Shown here piece by piece: positions 50,806 through 63,100 of a DNA stretch of 64,000 nucleotides. Both the position numbers and the translations under genes were made by a program. The DNA comes from Hydrolagus colliei. Lineage: Eukaryota. The stretch covers positions 10,726,001 to 10,790,000 of the forward strand of contig CM068744.1 in NCBI GenBank assembly GCA_035084275.1, written 5' to 3'. Under the pieces are notes generated by a model. It searched no databases. It worked only from the letters and a program-made list of their open reading frames with translations, and was not told the origin of the DNA. Position 1 is the stretch's first letter, and each line of letters begins with the position of its first letter.

Positions 50806-50990
50806 GCCGAGGGAAGACGCACAGAGACCGTTGTGACTGACTGCTCCGAAACTGGTAGTATAATTTTGTTACTTGTAGTGACATTATTATTTTACCGGTT
50901 TTGTATGTGTTACTTTGATCAATAAATCTCTATTATACCATATTTGGATTTGTGGGTCATATTTTGAACCTTGGGATCGAAAATCCCAAC
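50806..50990 (+). mobile_element. LTR-like 3' end (R/U5), copy 2
   Basis: Matches 42713-42900; contains AATAAA (~50921) and ends ...cccaaca. Confidence 0.55.
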
Positions 50991-51629
50991 ATATGACTGC
51001 AGAGTCCACTGGAGGGCAGAAGTGATTTATTTACTGTTTACCAGCTGCAACAAAAATTACAAACATAAGATCACAAGATGGGTGAGGATGAAAAAGGCCC
51101 TTTGGCCTATCTGATCTCATGCCTCTAGAACATTCAACCTACCATCCCCAGATCAATCAATAAAGCTGTTTTATAAATTAAATTGGGGCTCACAGATTTT
51201 TTTTTGGATTCAGCCTGGTGTTTGAAACACAAGAAAACACATCACCATGTATAAGAATATACAAACAAACTGAAAATTCCATGCATCCCACCTACACATG
51301 GAAATCCCAGGGAAGTTTATAGGAATGGATTATGTACTCTGTCCCTGGAGGGATCCTGCTTACCTCATTCTGGAAATTATTAGGTGAAGGTTGGCAGGAC
51401 CCAACGCTTGGGGACCCCTCAATGTGTATTGGGGTACTGCCAGAGTCAAACCAACTAAACCTGCACAGCTTAATATTGAGAGTACATACTGGCAAGTTTT
51501 TTTGTTGATTGTCCAGTTAGGACCGCACTTCCTACAAGGGATTTGCTTGCTAGATGACCAGTAGCAGAGTGGGAAGAATCCATGCCATCAGTGACTAATT
51601 TGACTTCCACAGCCAGTCTGTCTGTGCTG

Positions 51630-52535
51630 TTACCAGCAGTGCCATCGAATACTGTAGATATACCTGGCTCAGCAAAAGTGGATTACTGAGACCATCATAC
51701 AAGTGAGATTGATTATAATAATAGTAATAATCCTTGCATTTGATATAGAGCCTTATCACGTTTTGAGACATCTCAAAGTGCTTTGCACAATATACAGTAT
51801 TGTAAAGTGAATTTACTGTACATTTTGTGGGCAAAACATGGCAGCGGATTGCGCACAGCGGTATCCCACAAACAGTCATGGATTGAAGTGACCAATTTTT
51901 TTAATGAACAAATTATTACCCTCAGAAAAGCAATCAGCCAATTGACTAACAACTGGGTTCCTATTTACTGCAAGGTAAACAGAGGCGTGTGGAGGAAGGA
52001 AACTTGCCCAACATTTTGCCCTGCCGGGAATTTAACCCAGACCTCTCACTTGCGAGGCAAGTGCTCTATCCATTCTGTTGTCAAACATGTTGCCTTGGAG
52101 CCAGGTCAAGTCCAAGGAGACCACGTTTATCTGCCCACTCAAGGAGGATAGGCACTAGTTAGGCATTTGATATCTGACAAGTGTTGGTTTGAGCCCTTGC
52201 TAGGTGGATGGTAGGTACCAGGAATTCCCTGAGAGCATCCTGGTGGGCAATGCAGTTCAGAATGAAATGTGTGAGAGCATTGCCACCATCTTTCTGCCAC
52301 AATCATCCTATCTATAGCTCAAACACACATCCCATCCCATTGAGTGATGGTTCCACCAGTTGAATGTATGGAGTTTAAACAGTGGCTGCTTACCTCTCTG
52401 CAAATCAATCAATGTAGATTCCAAGCACTGGATTTGCAAATGAGTGTTCGTTCACAAGCTCAGATTCCTGGTTAGGCCTTCCACCAGCTATCAAGGTTTC
52501 AGAGTTTCTTGATCATCTATCTGCCTTCAGTGTGG
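51630..52535 (-). mobile_element. Ancient LINE endonuclease fragment interrupted by a tRNA SINE (~51715-52070)
   Basis: Alignable to 34680-35170 on both sides of the SINE. Confidence 0.55.
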
Positions 52536-52875
52536 TGGGAGGACCTTTACAGGACAGCTAGTGATGAGCCAGCCACCTTAATGTTCTCGAGGTTCAAATC
52601 CAATGCCACTTATCAGATTTACTCAACATGAGCGGCTTAATCCAGGTCCTCACGTGAGTAGCCATAGCAAATAGACATCTTCCATGCAGTCATTTCCCGG
52701 GTATATCAGAACAGTCTGGGACGCTACCCTCCGTGAGGAGCATTATATAAATACATGTTGTTGTTGCTATGATAAGAATGTTTCCTTTGTTTTAACTGAA
52801 CTCCACCTAACATTCCACTTCCAACTTGCCATTATATATACTGTAAACTCCTGGCTTAACCTATTAATATCACTC

Positions 52876-53105
52876 AACAACAACAACTTCGATTTATATA
52901 GCGCCCTCCACGCCAGATGGCGTCTCAGAACGCTTCACAACAACGGATCCCGGGACCGAGCCAGGGGCAGGGGTAGAAAGGTGACCAAAGGCACGGTCGA
53001 AGAGAAAGGTCTTTAGCTGGGACCTGAAACTGAGAAAAGAGGGGTCGAGGCGAAGGGAGTGAGGAATGGAGTTCCAGAGCCTAGGGGCGTAGTGACTGAA
53101 AGACA
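52876..53105 (-). mobile_element. L2 3' end
   Basis: 'FSHYAPRLWNSIPHSLRLDPS...[10 protein letters not shown]' plus tail. Confidence 0.88.
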
Positions 53106-54944
53106 AGACATCATGCTGTCAACATCCGTTTGCATGCATTGCAAGGAAGGATTGAGAGAGAATTTCTTAACTTAAGAAACCAAAACCTGTCCTTCTGAAC
53201 ACCGTGTATTTGCTTGTAGGTGATTCCCAGTAATGGCTTTTTAATGAATGAACTTAGCAATGATCCCACACTTATAATTGTGGAAGATATCAATAATAGA
53301 AATATCATACACAGGTTTTGTGCAACTTTATGCTTTTATTCCTAATACACACATATACAGTATACAATATACAGTATATAATAATAATCCTTGCATCTGA
53401 TAGAGAGCTTTCCATGCCTTCTAGGCATCTCAAAGCTCTTCACAGAATATATTGTTAAGTGAATTGACTGTATATTTGTGGGCACAAATATGACTGAGAA
53501 TACTTTGGAATTATGTCCTATTAAAGTTGCAATGTTTGTTTCATATATTTTTTCTGATTATTTCATGTATATAAAAATGTTACCAAACAAAATGCTATCC
53601 TCTGACAATTGCCTAAATGTTGAAACAATAATTTTAAATTAGATGCATTTTATATTGAAGTGATACGTGGTGGTTTTAAAAATGGTACCTACATAAACTT
53701 ATAAGCATTTATATCTAAGGTACAGCTTAATAAAACAATAATAACATTTCTTAAATTGGAAGAATGGAAAGGCAAAGGAAAAAAGGGAGGGAATAACTTC
53801 TTATTGTTAGACATCTTAGTGTTTAGGAAAAAATAACAGTGAGTAAATATTTATAGAAAAGATACGCAAACCTAATTGCCTCAGAAATAACCTAATTCGT
53901 CTGTACATTGCTCATTGTAAACAGCACAGATTGCATACCAAAGTCAAGCCTAGAACAACTCTAGCAATTATACATGGAATGAAAATAGAAAGTTCTGCAG
54001 CGTTTTAAAAATATCCTTCATTCCGTTTCCCCAGACCTTTAAACCTTTGAGACTTTCATTCCCCATTGGACATTGTGTGATAAAACACATTTTATCATTA
54101 TTTTGTCTCCTCGTTATCAACAGCTAAGGCACCATTGAGAATTTAATGCAAGTCAAGCGAGGACAGAAGTCAAGGTGATAATAAGACCCATTGGTCTGCA
54201 TAGCACTTTAACATAAAGTTCACACTACATTAATTGCACCTAGGTGTTTGCACTGTTGTTAGTGAATCGATGGAGTAATAAACAATTTACAGTATAATCT
54301 ATTAATACCAACCAACACATCAACATTGTTAAGTAACACTGTTTTTATGCCACAATGCTTGTATCACTATAATGGTGCAAGTACCATTCCCCTAGTCAAT
54401 AGTCCCCCAATAAAATTAGTCATGCACATCATGGCTGTTTGTGGGACATTGTTGTGTGTAAAATTGATTGCAGTATTCAACCACAAAAACATACAGTCAC
54501 TTCACTTTATGTTATATTCTGTGAAGCGCTTTGAGACGTCCTTCCCTTTACAAACCCTAATTTTGTTTTGTCCTATGCAATAGCATATACAACAACAACA
54601 ACAAAATTACATTTTTAGAGCGCATTTATAGAAAAGAAATAGAGCGTGCACCTGAAAATTGTTTGACTATCTCTTTAAATATGCCATTCAGGAACAATTA
54701 TGTTAAAACGTCGTGCTGTTTTGAGAGGTAATTCACAAGCAATTAGATTATTCTTTGTATTCTATGCACTGACATTGCAATAGTCAAAAAACCTGAGTCT
54801 AAAATAATTTTGAAAGTAACTTTCCTCCCGTGAATAGAAAACTTTTTAAGAATGTTTAAAAAAGCAAAAGTGGCAAGAATGGGCCATTTCTACTAACAGG
54901 GTTAATAGATATAGTACATAATAGCCCACAAGTATACAGTCGGC

Positions 54945-55215
54945 TTTCCTGCTCTCCTTCCCCCTACCCCCCTACCCCGACTTCTCCCCTTGCCATCTTT
55001 CCCCTCTTTTTCCCTTAATCCCACTTCCATGACTGTTTGTGGGACACTGCTGTGCGCAATTTGGCTGCCGCGTTTTGCTCACAAATATACAGTCAATCTT
55101 CCTACTCTTCTTTATCCTGCCCCGACCCCTCCCACCCTGCTCTTGTCCCTACCTAACTGTACAACGCCTTGGGACGTCCTCTCGATGTGAAAGGCGTTGT
55201 ATAAATGTAAGTTTT
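54945..55215 (+). mobile_element. 5'-truncated L2 3' UTR containing the SINE core
   Basis: Same architecture as 19790-19990(-): pyrimidine tract, core, pyrimidine tract, tail 'cgccttgggacgtcc...aaatgtaag'. Confidence 0.75.
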
Positions 55216-56266
55216 GATTGATTGATTGATTAGCATGGAGTATTTTTTCATATTGTATATATACAACATTCAGAATGATTTTGCCCCCCAAAATATACAG
55301 CCAATTCACTTTACAGTATATTCTGTGAAGATCTTTCAGATGTCTTGAAGATGTGATAAGGCACTATATCAAATTTAAAAATATGATATTACATATAAAA
55401 ATAATAATAATAATTTGGTCACTCAATCCACAACTATGTGGTTCACTGCTGTATGCAATTGGTTGCCATGTTTCGCCCACAAATATATACAGTCAATTCA
55501 CTTTACAATGTATGCTGTGAAGCGTTTTGAGATGTCTAGAACATGTGAAAAGCACTATATCAAATGCAAGGATTATTATTATTATCATTGAAGGCATTAT
55601 ATCAAATGTAAAGATTATTATTACCAAAGAGCATTGTCATATTTCTTATTGCATTAGTAATATAGTACATGTAATTAGTAATATGTGTATACAAATGTAT
55701 TGTTGTTGTTGTTGTTGTGCACTTTCTGGTTATATCAAAAGATAAATAATAAAGATAACACATTTTTACCATTCATGATTAGTACAGCAAAAGTGGCATC
55801 CACTATGTTCAAAATAATTGTATTAAAGAATGTGTAATACAGCTGTAGCTTTGAGTTCAATTTATGTTTTCAGTAGTGCACGCTTTAGAGATTTTGCAAG
55901 CTGCAATGTTGTCAAGATGTTTAGCTATATCATAAACCAATAACAGAGAGGTTCACAGATTTTATAACCGCTGCCTGAGCACTAAAATACCATCTCTTCT
56001 GGCTTCACTCATCATCCCTGTTCTGTTGACATTCTCAACCTTTGATCACACATCCCTTTCATTGCTAAATCAACATCCAAGAACCATAGATTTCTATTTC
56101 TTTTATCTGAGATGAGCAGATCCCAGTGCTATCAGTCGGCTTAAGGTACTACTATTATTCAGAAGCTGCCTATTCAGACTATCCATTTTATCTGTCTGAT
56201 TTAATCCACATTTTAACCATGTTCCCTAAATAAGGAAAGTGCTGCTTTCAGGAATATTACACTATA

Positions 56267-56565
56267 GAGTCCTGTAGCTCAGTGATTACAGTATTTGCCT
56301 TTTTAGCGAGAGACCTGGGTTCAGTTCCAGACAGGGTGAAAACTTGGGCAAGTTTTCTTACTCCACAAGCCTGATAAATATTCCTCAAACAATAATAAAT
56401 TGGTCATTTCAATCCATGACTGTTTGTGGTACTGCTGTGTGTAATTAACTTCCATGTTTTGCCCCCAAAATATAGCCAATTCACTTTACAGTATATTCTG
56501 TGAAGCATTTTGAGACACGTCTAAAAGACGTGAAAAGCGTTATAACAAATGCAAAGTTTATTATT
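56267..56565 (+). mobile_element. tRNA SINE
   Basis: 'gagtcctgtagctcagtg...gggttcagttcc' head, core and tail. Confidence 0.82.
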
Positions 56566-56861
56566 TTTTTATTTGGTACAATGTGCAGCAAGTTATTGAA
56601 TGCAAGCTTAACTTTGAAACTAGTTTACTGTAAATTGTAAAAGAAACTTACAGAAAACTAGCTTGCAAATTAAGCCTGTTTAGGAATTTGTCAATTCTAG
56701 ATTCTCTGAAATGCTAATAGAACAAGTCTTGACCCAGGTGGGATTTCCCTGGTCTCTCGCTTTGTTGTATGTTAACCACTGAGCTACAGGGCTCCACTTG
56801 CATCTATTTAACTAATTTTTCTACCTAAATAGTTGCAGCCTCTACGAGAAAAGAATGGAAG

Positions 56862-57158
56862 TGACGTACGATAAGATAAACTATTGGCTATCCCATCTAT
56901 ACGTCAATAAAAATGGAGTACACCCCTAGTATTAAAGTTGACTGTGAGTGCGTCAGCCTGCCAGAAGATGCCTGACTTCTAACAATTGCGTGGCTGTATT
57001 GTATTAATCAAGTTGTATAATATCTGTTGCTGATCACTTTGTACTCAAGGTCAAAGTGAAACGAAAATTGGGTACATGCACACTGAAGACAATCAATAAC
57101 AGTAACTCACACCAACCAGAACGGACGACACATTTTCAGGGAAAACAATATTTCTGGT
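56862..57158 (+). promoter_or_regulatory. Candidate promoter and first non-coding exon of the third TAAR
   Basis: Inverted CRE-like TGACGTA (56862) and TACGTCA (56900) flanking ATTGG (56883); donor CTG|GTAAG at 57157; acceptor 'tattttttttcccag'-type tract ending at 58047. Confidence 0.35.
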
Positions 57159-58141
57159 AAGACTTATTGAAGCAATTTCTGGTACAGAAAAAAAAGTCAG
57201 TCTTTTAAGCCATAAATACATATTTAAAAATGTAATGAAAGATTAGAGATATATTGTTATTTGGAAAAACAAACACAGGATATATTATTCAAAGGCTCTA
57301 CCTAAATCTAATGTACTACAGTAGTAATAATAATAATACTTACGTTCAATATAACTCATTTTGTGTCAAGTGGACATTTCAAAGTACCTTGCAGGACATA
57401 CTGTAAATAATAATATAATAATAATCATCCTTGCCATTGATATAGTCCTTTTCATGTCTTCTAGATGTCTGAAAGTGGACATGATGGTGTATTTTGTGGG
57501 CGAACACCACAGTCAACTTGCATACAACAATATCCCACAAACAGCTTTGAAGTAAATGACCATTTTTATTTTGGAGGATTGGCCATAAACAGTATTACCC
57601 TTCAATGTAGAATGGCAGTTTGATAATTATTTTTGTTAATTTTTTCTATTACCATTGGTGATGAGGCTACCTCAGTTCCGGTTGTTTTGCATAAACAAAA
57701 TTACATTTCTTAATGGAATCCTCCAAAAAAAAAGACAATGATAATTTGGTCACTCAACCCACGACTGTTTGTGGGACACTGCTGTGCACAATTGGCTGCC
57801 ACATTTCTCCCAGAAATATACAGTCAATTCACTTTACAGTATAATCTGTGATATGATTTGAAACATGTAGAAGATGTGAAAAGCGCTATATAAAATGCAA
57901 GGATTATTATTATTACATAAGTGCAAGTTGTGGTTGTGATTATTATACAGTTATGAAAGTTTCTTTAATTTTAGAGTGAGACAAAGGACAGTGTTAATTA
58001 GACCAGGTGAACACAAATTCATGTGTTGAACTGTATTTTTTTCCCAGGTGCTGGCCATAACTGTCATAAAATTGTTACCAAAGAAACTTGCCATAAATAA
58101 TTTAATACAGCTGACATACGTGCCTTTCCAAGGACCACAAA

Positions 58142-59230
58142 ATGATAAATTCAACTTCTGGGAAGAACGTAGAAAATGCACAGTACTGCTTCGAATTTGT
58201 CAACGAATCTTGTCCCAAAGCTATTCGATCCATGCCAACCTGTACTATGCTTTACATTTTTATGATTTTATCAATAATATTCACTGTGCTGGGAAACCTG
58301 ATGGTGATCATTTCAATCTCACACTTCAGACAACTCCACACGCCCACCAACTACCTTATACGTTCCCTAGCCATTGCCGATTTCCTGGTTGGTTTGCTTG
58401 TCATGCCATACAGTATGCTGAGATCAATTGACACCTGCTGGTATTTTGGAAACCTGTTTTGTAAAATTCACTCCAGTTTAGATATGATGATGAGCACAAC
58501 ATCAATATTTCATCTTTGTTGTATTGCCATTGATCGCTACTGTGCAGTGTTTGACTCTTTGCTCTACTCGACAAAAATCACTCCTCCTGTCGTAACCACA
58601 TTTGTTGCAGTTAGTTGGGTGGTCCCTTCGATATTCGCATTTGGTGTGGTTTTCTCAGAGGTTAATCTGATTGGAATTGAGGACCGGTCGGCAACTAATT
58701 CTTGCATGGGCAATTGTGTTCTCCTGTTCAATGAACTGTGGGGAGTGTTAGCTCCGGTAATAGCGTTTTTTATTCCGGGTGTCATTATGTTAGGGATTTA
58801 TATCAAAATATTTGCAGTGGCAAGGAAACATGCCAGGGCTATTGGAGGTGTAACTGAACAAAAGTACAGAATTCCTAGAAAAAAAGAGCACAAAGCTGCC
58901 AAAACACTGGGCATAGTGATGGGTGTCTTCTTAATTTGCTGGGTGCCTTTCTTCCTAACCACCATTATTGATCCGATTATCAATTTTTCAACACCACCAA
59001 TTATCTTTGATACATTTGTATGGTTTGGGTATTTCAATTCCGCTTTCAACCCCATGCTCTATGCTTTCTTCTATCCCTGGTTCCGTAAAGCGTTGAAACT
59101 AATTCTTTCCTGTAGGATATTTTACTCTGACTCTTCCACAATTAATTTGTTTCCAGAAGGTAGTCACTCACAGATCCTCTCATCAAATATGATGAAGCCA
59201 GGACACTGTGGAAAACTGTTACTGGAATAG
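58142..59230 (+). CDS. Trace amine-associated receptor (TAAR2/3/4-like), open 362-aa frame
   Basis: 'YCFEFVNESCP', 'ISHFRQLHTPTN', D3.32 in 'KIHSSLD', DRY, 'KAAKTLGIVMG', CWVP, fingerprint 'NSAFNPMLYAFFYPWF'. Subtype not resolvable by eye. Confidence 0.92.
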   Translation: MINSTSGKNVENAQYCFEFVNESCPKAIRSMPTCTMLYIFMILSIIFTVLGNLMVIISISHFRQLHTPTNYLIRSLAIADFLVGLLVMPYSMLRSIDTCWYFGNLFCKIHSSLDMMMSTTSIFHLCCIAIDRYCAVFDSLLYSTKITPPVVTTFVAVSWVVPSIFAFGVVFSEVNLIGIEDRSATNSCMGNCVLLFNELWGVLAPVIAFFIPGVIMLGIYIKIFAVARKHARAIGGVTEQKYRIPRKKEHKAAKTLGIVMGVFLICWVPFFLTTIIDPIINFSTPPIIFDTFVWFGYFNSAFNPMLYAFFYPWFRKALKLILSCRIFYSDSSTINLFPEGSHSQILSSNMMKPGHCGKLLLE

Positions 59231-59424
59231 ACGTTTTCTTGCAGAAATAGGAATTGCATTTCTAATCGCATTACTCAAGAGACATTTTTGATGCTATGCT
59301 TTTATTCTGTCGCAAAGCATCTAATCGCGTAATGCAACATTATAAGCCATCTTTTTTCAGTCTTATGTCAATTTTAGGTTGTGCAAGTCACTTCCATATG
59401 TTCCAGATTCAAGAAACGTGAGCA

Positions 59425-59788
59425 ATCCCTCCCTCTCCCCCCTTACCCTCTTTTCCCCCTTTCCCTCATGGCCCCACTTCCGTGACTGTTTCTGGGACTC
59501 TGCTGTGCGCAATTTGGCTGCCATGTTTTGCCCACAGATATACAGTCGGTTTTCCTGCTCTCCTTCCCTCTACCCCGACCCCTCCCCTTACCCTCTTTCC
59601 CCCCTTTCTCCCCTAACCTCACTTCCATGACTGTTTGTGAGACACTGTTGTGCGCAACTTAGCTGCTGTGTTTTGCCCACAAATATACAGTCAATTTTCC
59701 TACTCTCCTCTACCCCAACCCCTCCAATCCTGCAATGGTCCCTATCTGACTGTTCAGCGCCTTGGCACATCCTCCCGATGTGAAAGGT
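59425..59788 (+). mobile_element. L2 3' UTR with a tandemly duplicated SINE-core unit
   Basis: Two successive 'cacttcc.tgactgttt.tg.gac.ctg.tgtgcgcaa...atatacagtc' units, then the L2 tail running into the gap. Confidence 0.75.
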
Positions 59789-60002
59789 NNNNNNNNNNNN
59801 NNNNNNNNNNNNNNNNNNNNNNNNNNNNNNNNNNNNNNNNNNNNNNNNNNNNNNNNNNNNNNNNNNNNNNNNNNNNNNNNNNNNNNNNNNNNNNNNNNNN
59901 NNNNNNNNNNNNNNNNNNNNNNNNNNNNNNNNNNNNNNNNNNNNNNNNNNNNNNNNNNNNNNNNNNNNNNNNNNNNNNNNNNNNNNNNNNNNNNNNNNNN
60001 NN
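59789..60002. other. Assembly gap (214 N)
   Basis: Run of n characters. Confidence 1.
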
Positions 60003-60190
60003 ATTTTCAATAGACAGAAAAGTGTTTCATTGTATTGGTTAAACTAACATAATGTGAAATATTAGGATAAATGTTGCAATGTGTTTATAACACATTTGGC
60101 ATGTTAGTTTGTTGTTGTTATTTAGTTGCCATACAACTAATGAAAGAAAATGCCTGTTCTCAACAGGTCTGTTTAATAAATTGTGTAGGG

Positions 60191-60464
60191 TGGTGGTTTC
60201 CAAACTGTGTGGCGGGCCTCCGTTGGAGGTCGTGTACCATTGGCTGGGGGGGCACAGAGCTTTAGAGTCTCAAGTCCCTGAGAGCGTGTGGAGCCGAGGA
60301 CCCAAATGTGTGGAGCCGAGCCTCCGAGTGTGTGTGGATGCGAGAACCTGAGTCTCTGGAGCTGAGTGTGAAGGAGTGGGGGGTGGGTGGGGGGGGGGGT
60401 GCACAACAAAAATGTTGTTGAGTTAGGGGGAATGGTGCCGCTATTCAAAGTTTGGAAGCCACTG
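60191..60464. mobile_element. hAT (Charlie-like) MITE
   Basis: TIRs (tg)gtggtttccaaact / agtttggaagccactg; 8-bp TSD gtgtaggg / gagtaggg (7 of 8 match). Confidence 0.8.
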
Positions 60465-61053
60465 GAGTAGGGTGTTGCTATCATTTCAATTCGGCATTCA
60501 TTGTATGAATTTTTTACACTTTGCTCCAGAATGTAAAGCCTAGATGTATAGTTTTAACTGATGCAGTTCATATTTATGTCACTTTTATTAAACTATGGTG
60601 AATGTGTTTGTGTCTATATGTAATCTTTTTGAAATCCAGAGTAAAATTTAGAATGATGCTTTTATGAATAGAGATGTTTTCTTTGTTGCGATGTAATAGA
60701 ACGATGTACAATGTTAAAACCTTGCACTGTTAAAACTGTTTGCCATTCACTTCTATTTTATATTACTGTACATCAATAAATCGTGTGTACTTGAAGATAT
60801 GTTTCAACGTCTTTTATATTTTCAGTTTTATGGCATGCCAGATCATTATGCAATTTTTAATTTCAATCTTTAATTGCTCTATTAATTCTGTCTTAACATT
60901 CAACAAAAAATATTTTTTGATACATTTCTTTGTTTATTCAACAACTTGTTTAAAAGACAAAGACACTTTTTTAAATATTAAAAATCTTGGATTAAAAGAT
61001 CCATTCCTGGAAAACAGTTGGCAAATGCTTTGCAAATGCTGGGTATTACTATG

Positions 61054-62089
61054 CAGGCCCATACGCAGGATTTTTAATGGGGGGGTGCGAATTGCTAGTG
61101 ATGGGACCAACAATGGCCGGCGGCTTGGGGGCTGCCCACGAGGGCCCCTGGCGGGCGTGAAGGGGGCGAAGCCCCCTCGAGGCTCTGACGTTTTACACAG
61201 TTTGAGGTCATATTTTACACATTTTTGCGGTCATATTTTTTTTGCATGCCAGTGGACGTCTCTAAAAGCAATTTTTAATTACAGGAATACATTTTCAATA
61301 ATATAAATCAAATGTGATAATCAAGACAAAACAAGAAACATGATATTTCAGAAACACGCCTATCAAAACTTAAGTCATTTTTACTTACATTTATCAGATT
61401 AAAATATGATTTCAGCTTCCACAAAGTGGTGCTACCTTTTTATGTAGTGACTGTATACGGGATGATTTCCAATTGACACACCACGTAGACATAGGCGCTA
61501 AAGCATAGGCCTACGTCCATGAGTATCTTTTTCAAAGATAGGCATTTCCGTCCAGACACATATAACTTTTTTGTTGGGTTCTCAAAAGCTTTAATTTCTC
61601 AGAAGCTTGTAGATATGTTGTCATTGTTTGCTAGCATTACAGTCACACCTCTCAAAACTTGAGTAATTTTTACTTACGGTGATCAGACGAAAAGATGATT
61701 TTAACTTCCAGAAGTGGTGCTACCTTTGTGGCTGTATACGGGATGATTTCCAAACGAGGATGGATTTGAGTCTTGGCGCGCGCCTATGTTTACTCGGTGA
61801 GTCACAGACTCGCCGCGTCATTGACTAGCGCGTCTATCGACGCGGTATGTTTTGGGCAGACGCCGATTCTGATGTGCGAGTAATTTTATATTAATACTAA
61901 ATCATTCAAAGATGTGTATTTATAAGTAATACATAGTTTTGAAGAATTAATTGTTACACAAATGTTCAATAAATTTACTTGGTATTTAAATTTGATAAAA
62001 ATACAATTCTCTACCCCGGAAAATGTGGACCTTTTATAATTTGGGGGGGGGCCTACGCACCCGTCGCACCCCCCCTGTGTACGGGCCTG
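61054..62089. mobile_element. Non-autonomous hAT-like DNA transposon, 1036 bp, 5-bp TSD
   Basis: TIRs caggcccatacgcagg / cctgtgtacgggcctg; CTATG on both flanks; internal ~100-bp direct repeat (61364-61472, 61653-61753). Confidence 0.85.
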
Positions 62090-62899
62090 CTATGTATATT
62101 TGTAATACTGCATGGTATGATATTGATCTACATAGGGTGTCCATACTATTGGCTACTTAGGGCTGTGCATCCTATATGGGAAAGGCCCAATAGTTTGGTG
62201 TGTTCCTTCTAGGAACATAATATACCATTGATGGGTTATGGAGGCAGCTGGTGGGCCATATAAAGAAGAGGTGAGGCAGTTGGATCACCCTGATGTAGGG
62301 TTGGACTAAGGAGGGTTGAGAGTCCCAGGTTTATTTCCTGGTCTGTGTAGAATTGGCGAATATTATTAGGGTGCAGTGGTTCATGAAAAGTTTGGATGAA
62401 GAAAGCCCCTTTTCTAATGTCCTGGCTCAACCATCCTTCTTGGTAACCCAATTCAGATATGAATTGCCCTCGAGTAATAACTCCTGAAAAATTTGTCTAA
62501 CCTAAGTGTAAGGGGTGGGTTGGGGTGGGTGGGAGGGGAATAATTAGGGTACTAATTATTAGAGTACATCAAATGTGTTTGATTGGAAGTGTACTTGTGT
62601 GACTTGCAGGTGAGAAGCAAATTGGTCTTAGTATAGGCTCTTCCTCACCCTCACTCGCTCCCCAAGTATGGTCAAAAATCACACATTAAGGTCACACATT
62701 AAGAGAGCAACAACATGAAAAATAATGCTCATAGAAATATTACTCAATAAGAAGAACAAATTGAGTTAGTATAGCGCTATCTTGGATGCAAAGCAAAATA
62801 TTTATTTAACCTTTCCTGTTTCATTTTTTAAAATTCATTTTTATTTTATTCTGCTTCTATTTAGTGTTTCCCTGCTTCTTTGTAATCTTTGCTTGTCTT

Positions 62900-63100
62900 G
62901 AGTTTCATATGAACCTCTCTCTGGCCAAGGATAGAGTTCCAGAAGGTGGGAACACAGAAGCTGAATACCCATCCACCAATGGTGCAGATAGGGTGATATG
63001 AAATTAGGAGATCATAGAGGTAGGGGGCAGCAAGGTCGTGGAGGGCTTTGAAGATGAGAACAAGGTTTTGCAAGCGATTCTCTGAGGGATGGGGAACCAG
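62900..63100 (-). mobile_element. L2 fragment
   Basis: 'LVLIFKALHDLAAPYLYDLL...FSFCVPTFWNSI'. Confidence 0.8.

Noticed and set aside
59588-60042. ORFs containing X runs
   Set aside because: Artefacts of the assembly gap.
60740-61306. 188-aa ORF
   Set aside because: Spans AT-rich flank and the end of a non-autonomous transposon; no transposase or other motif.
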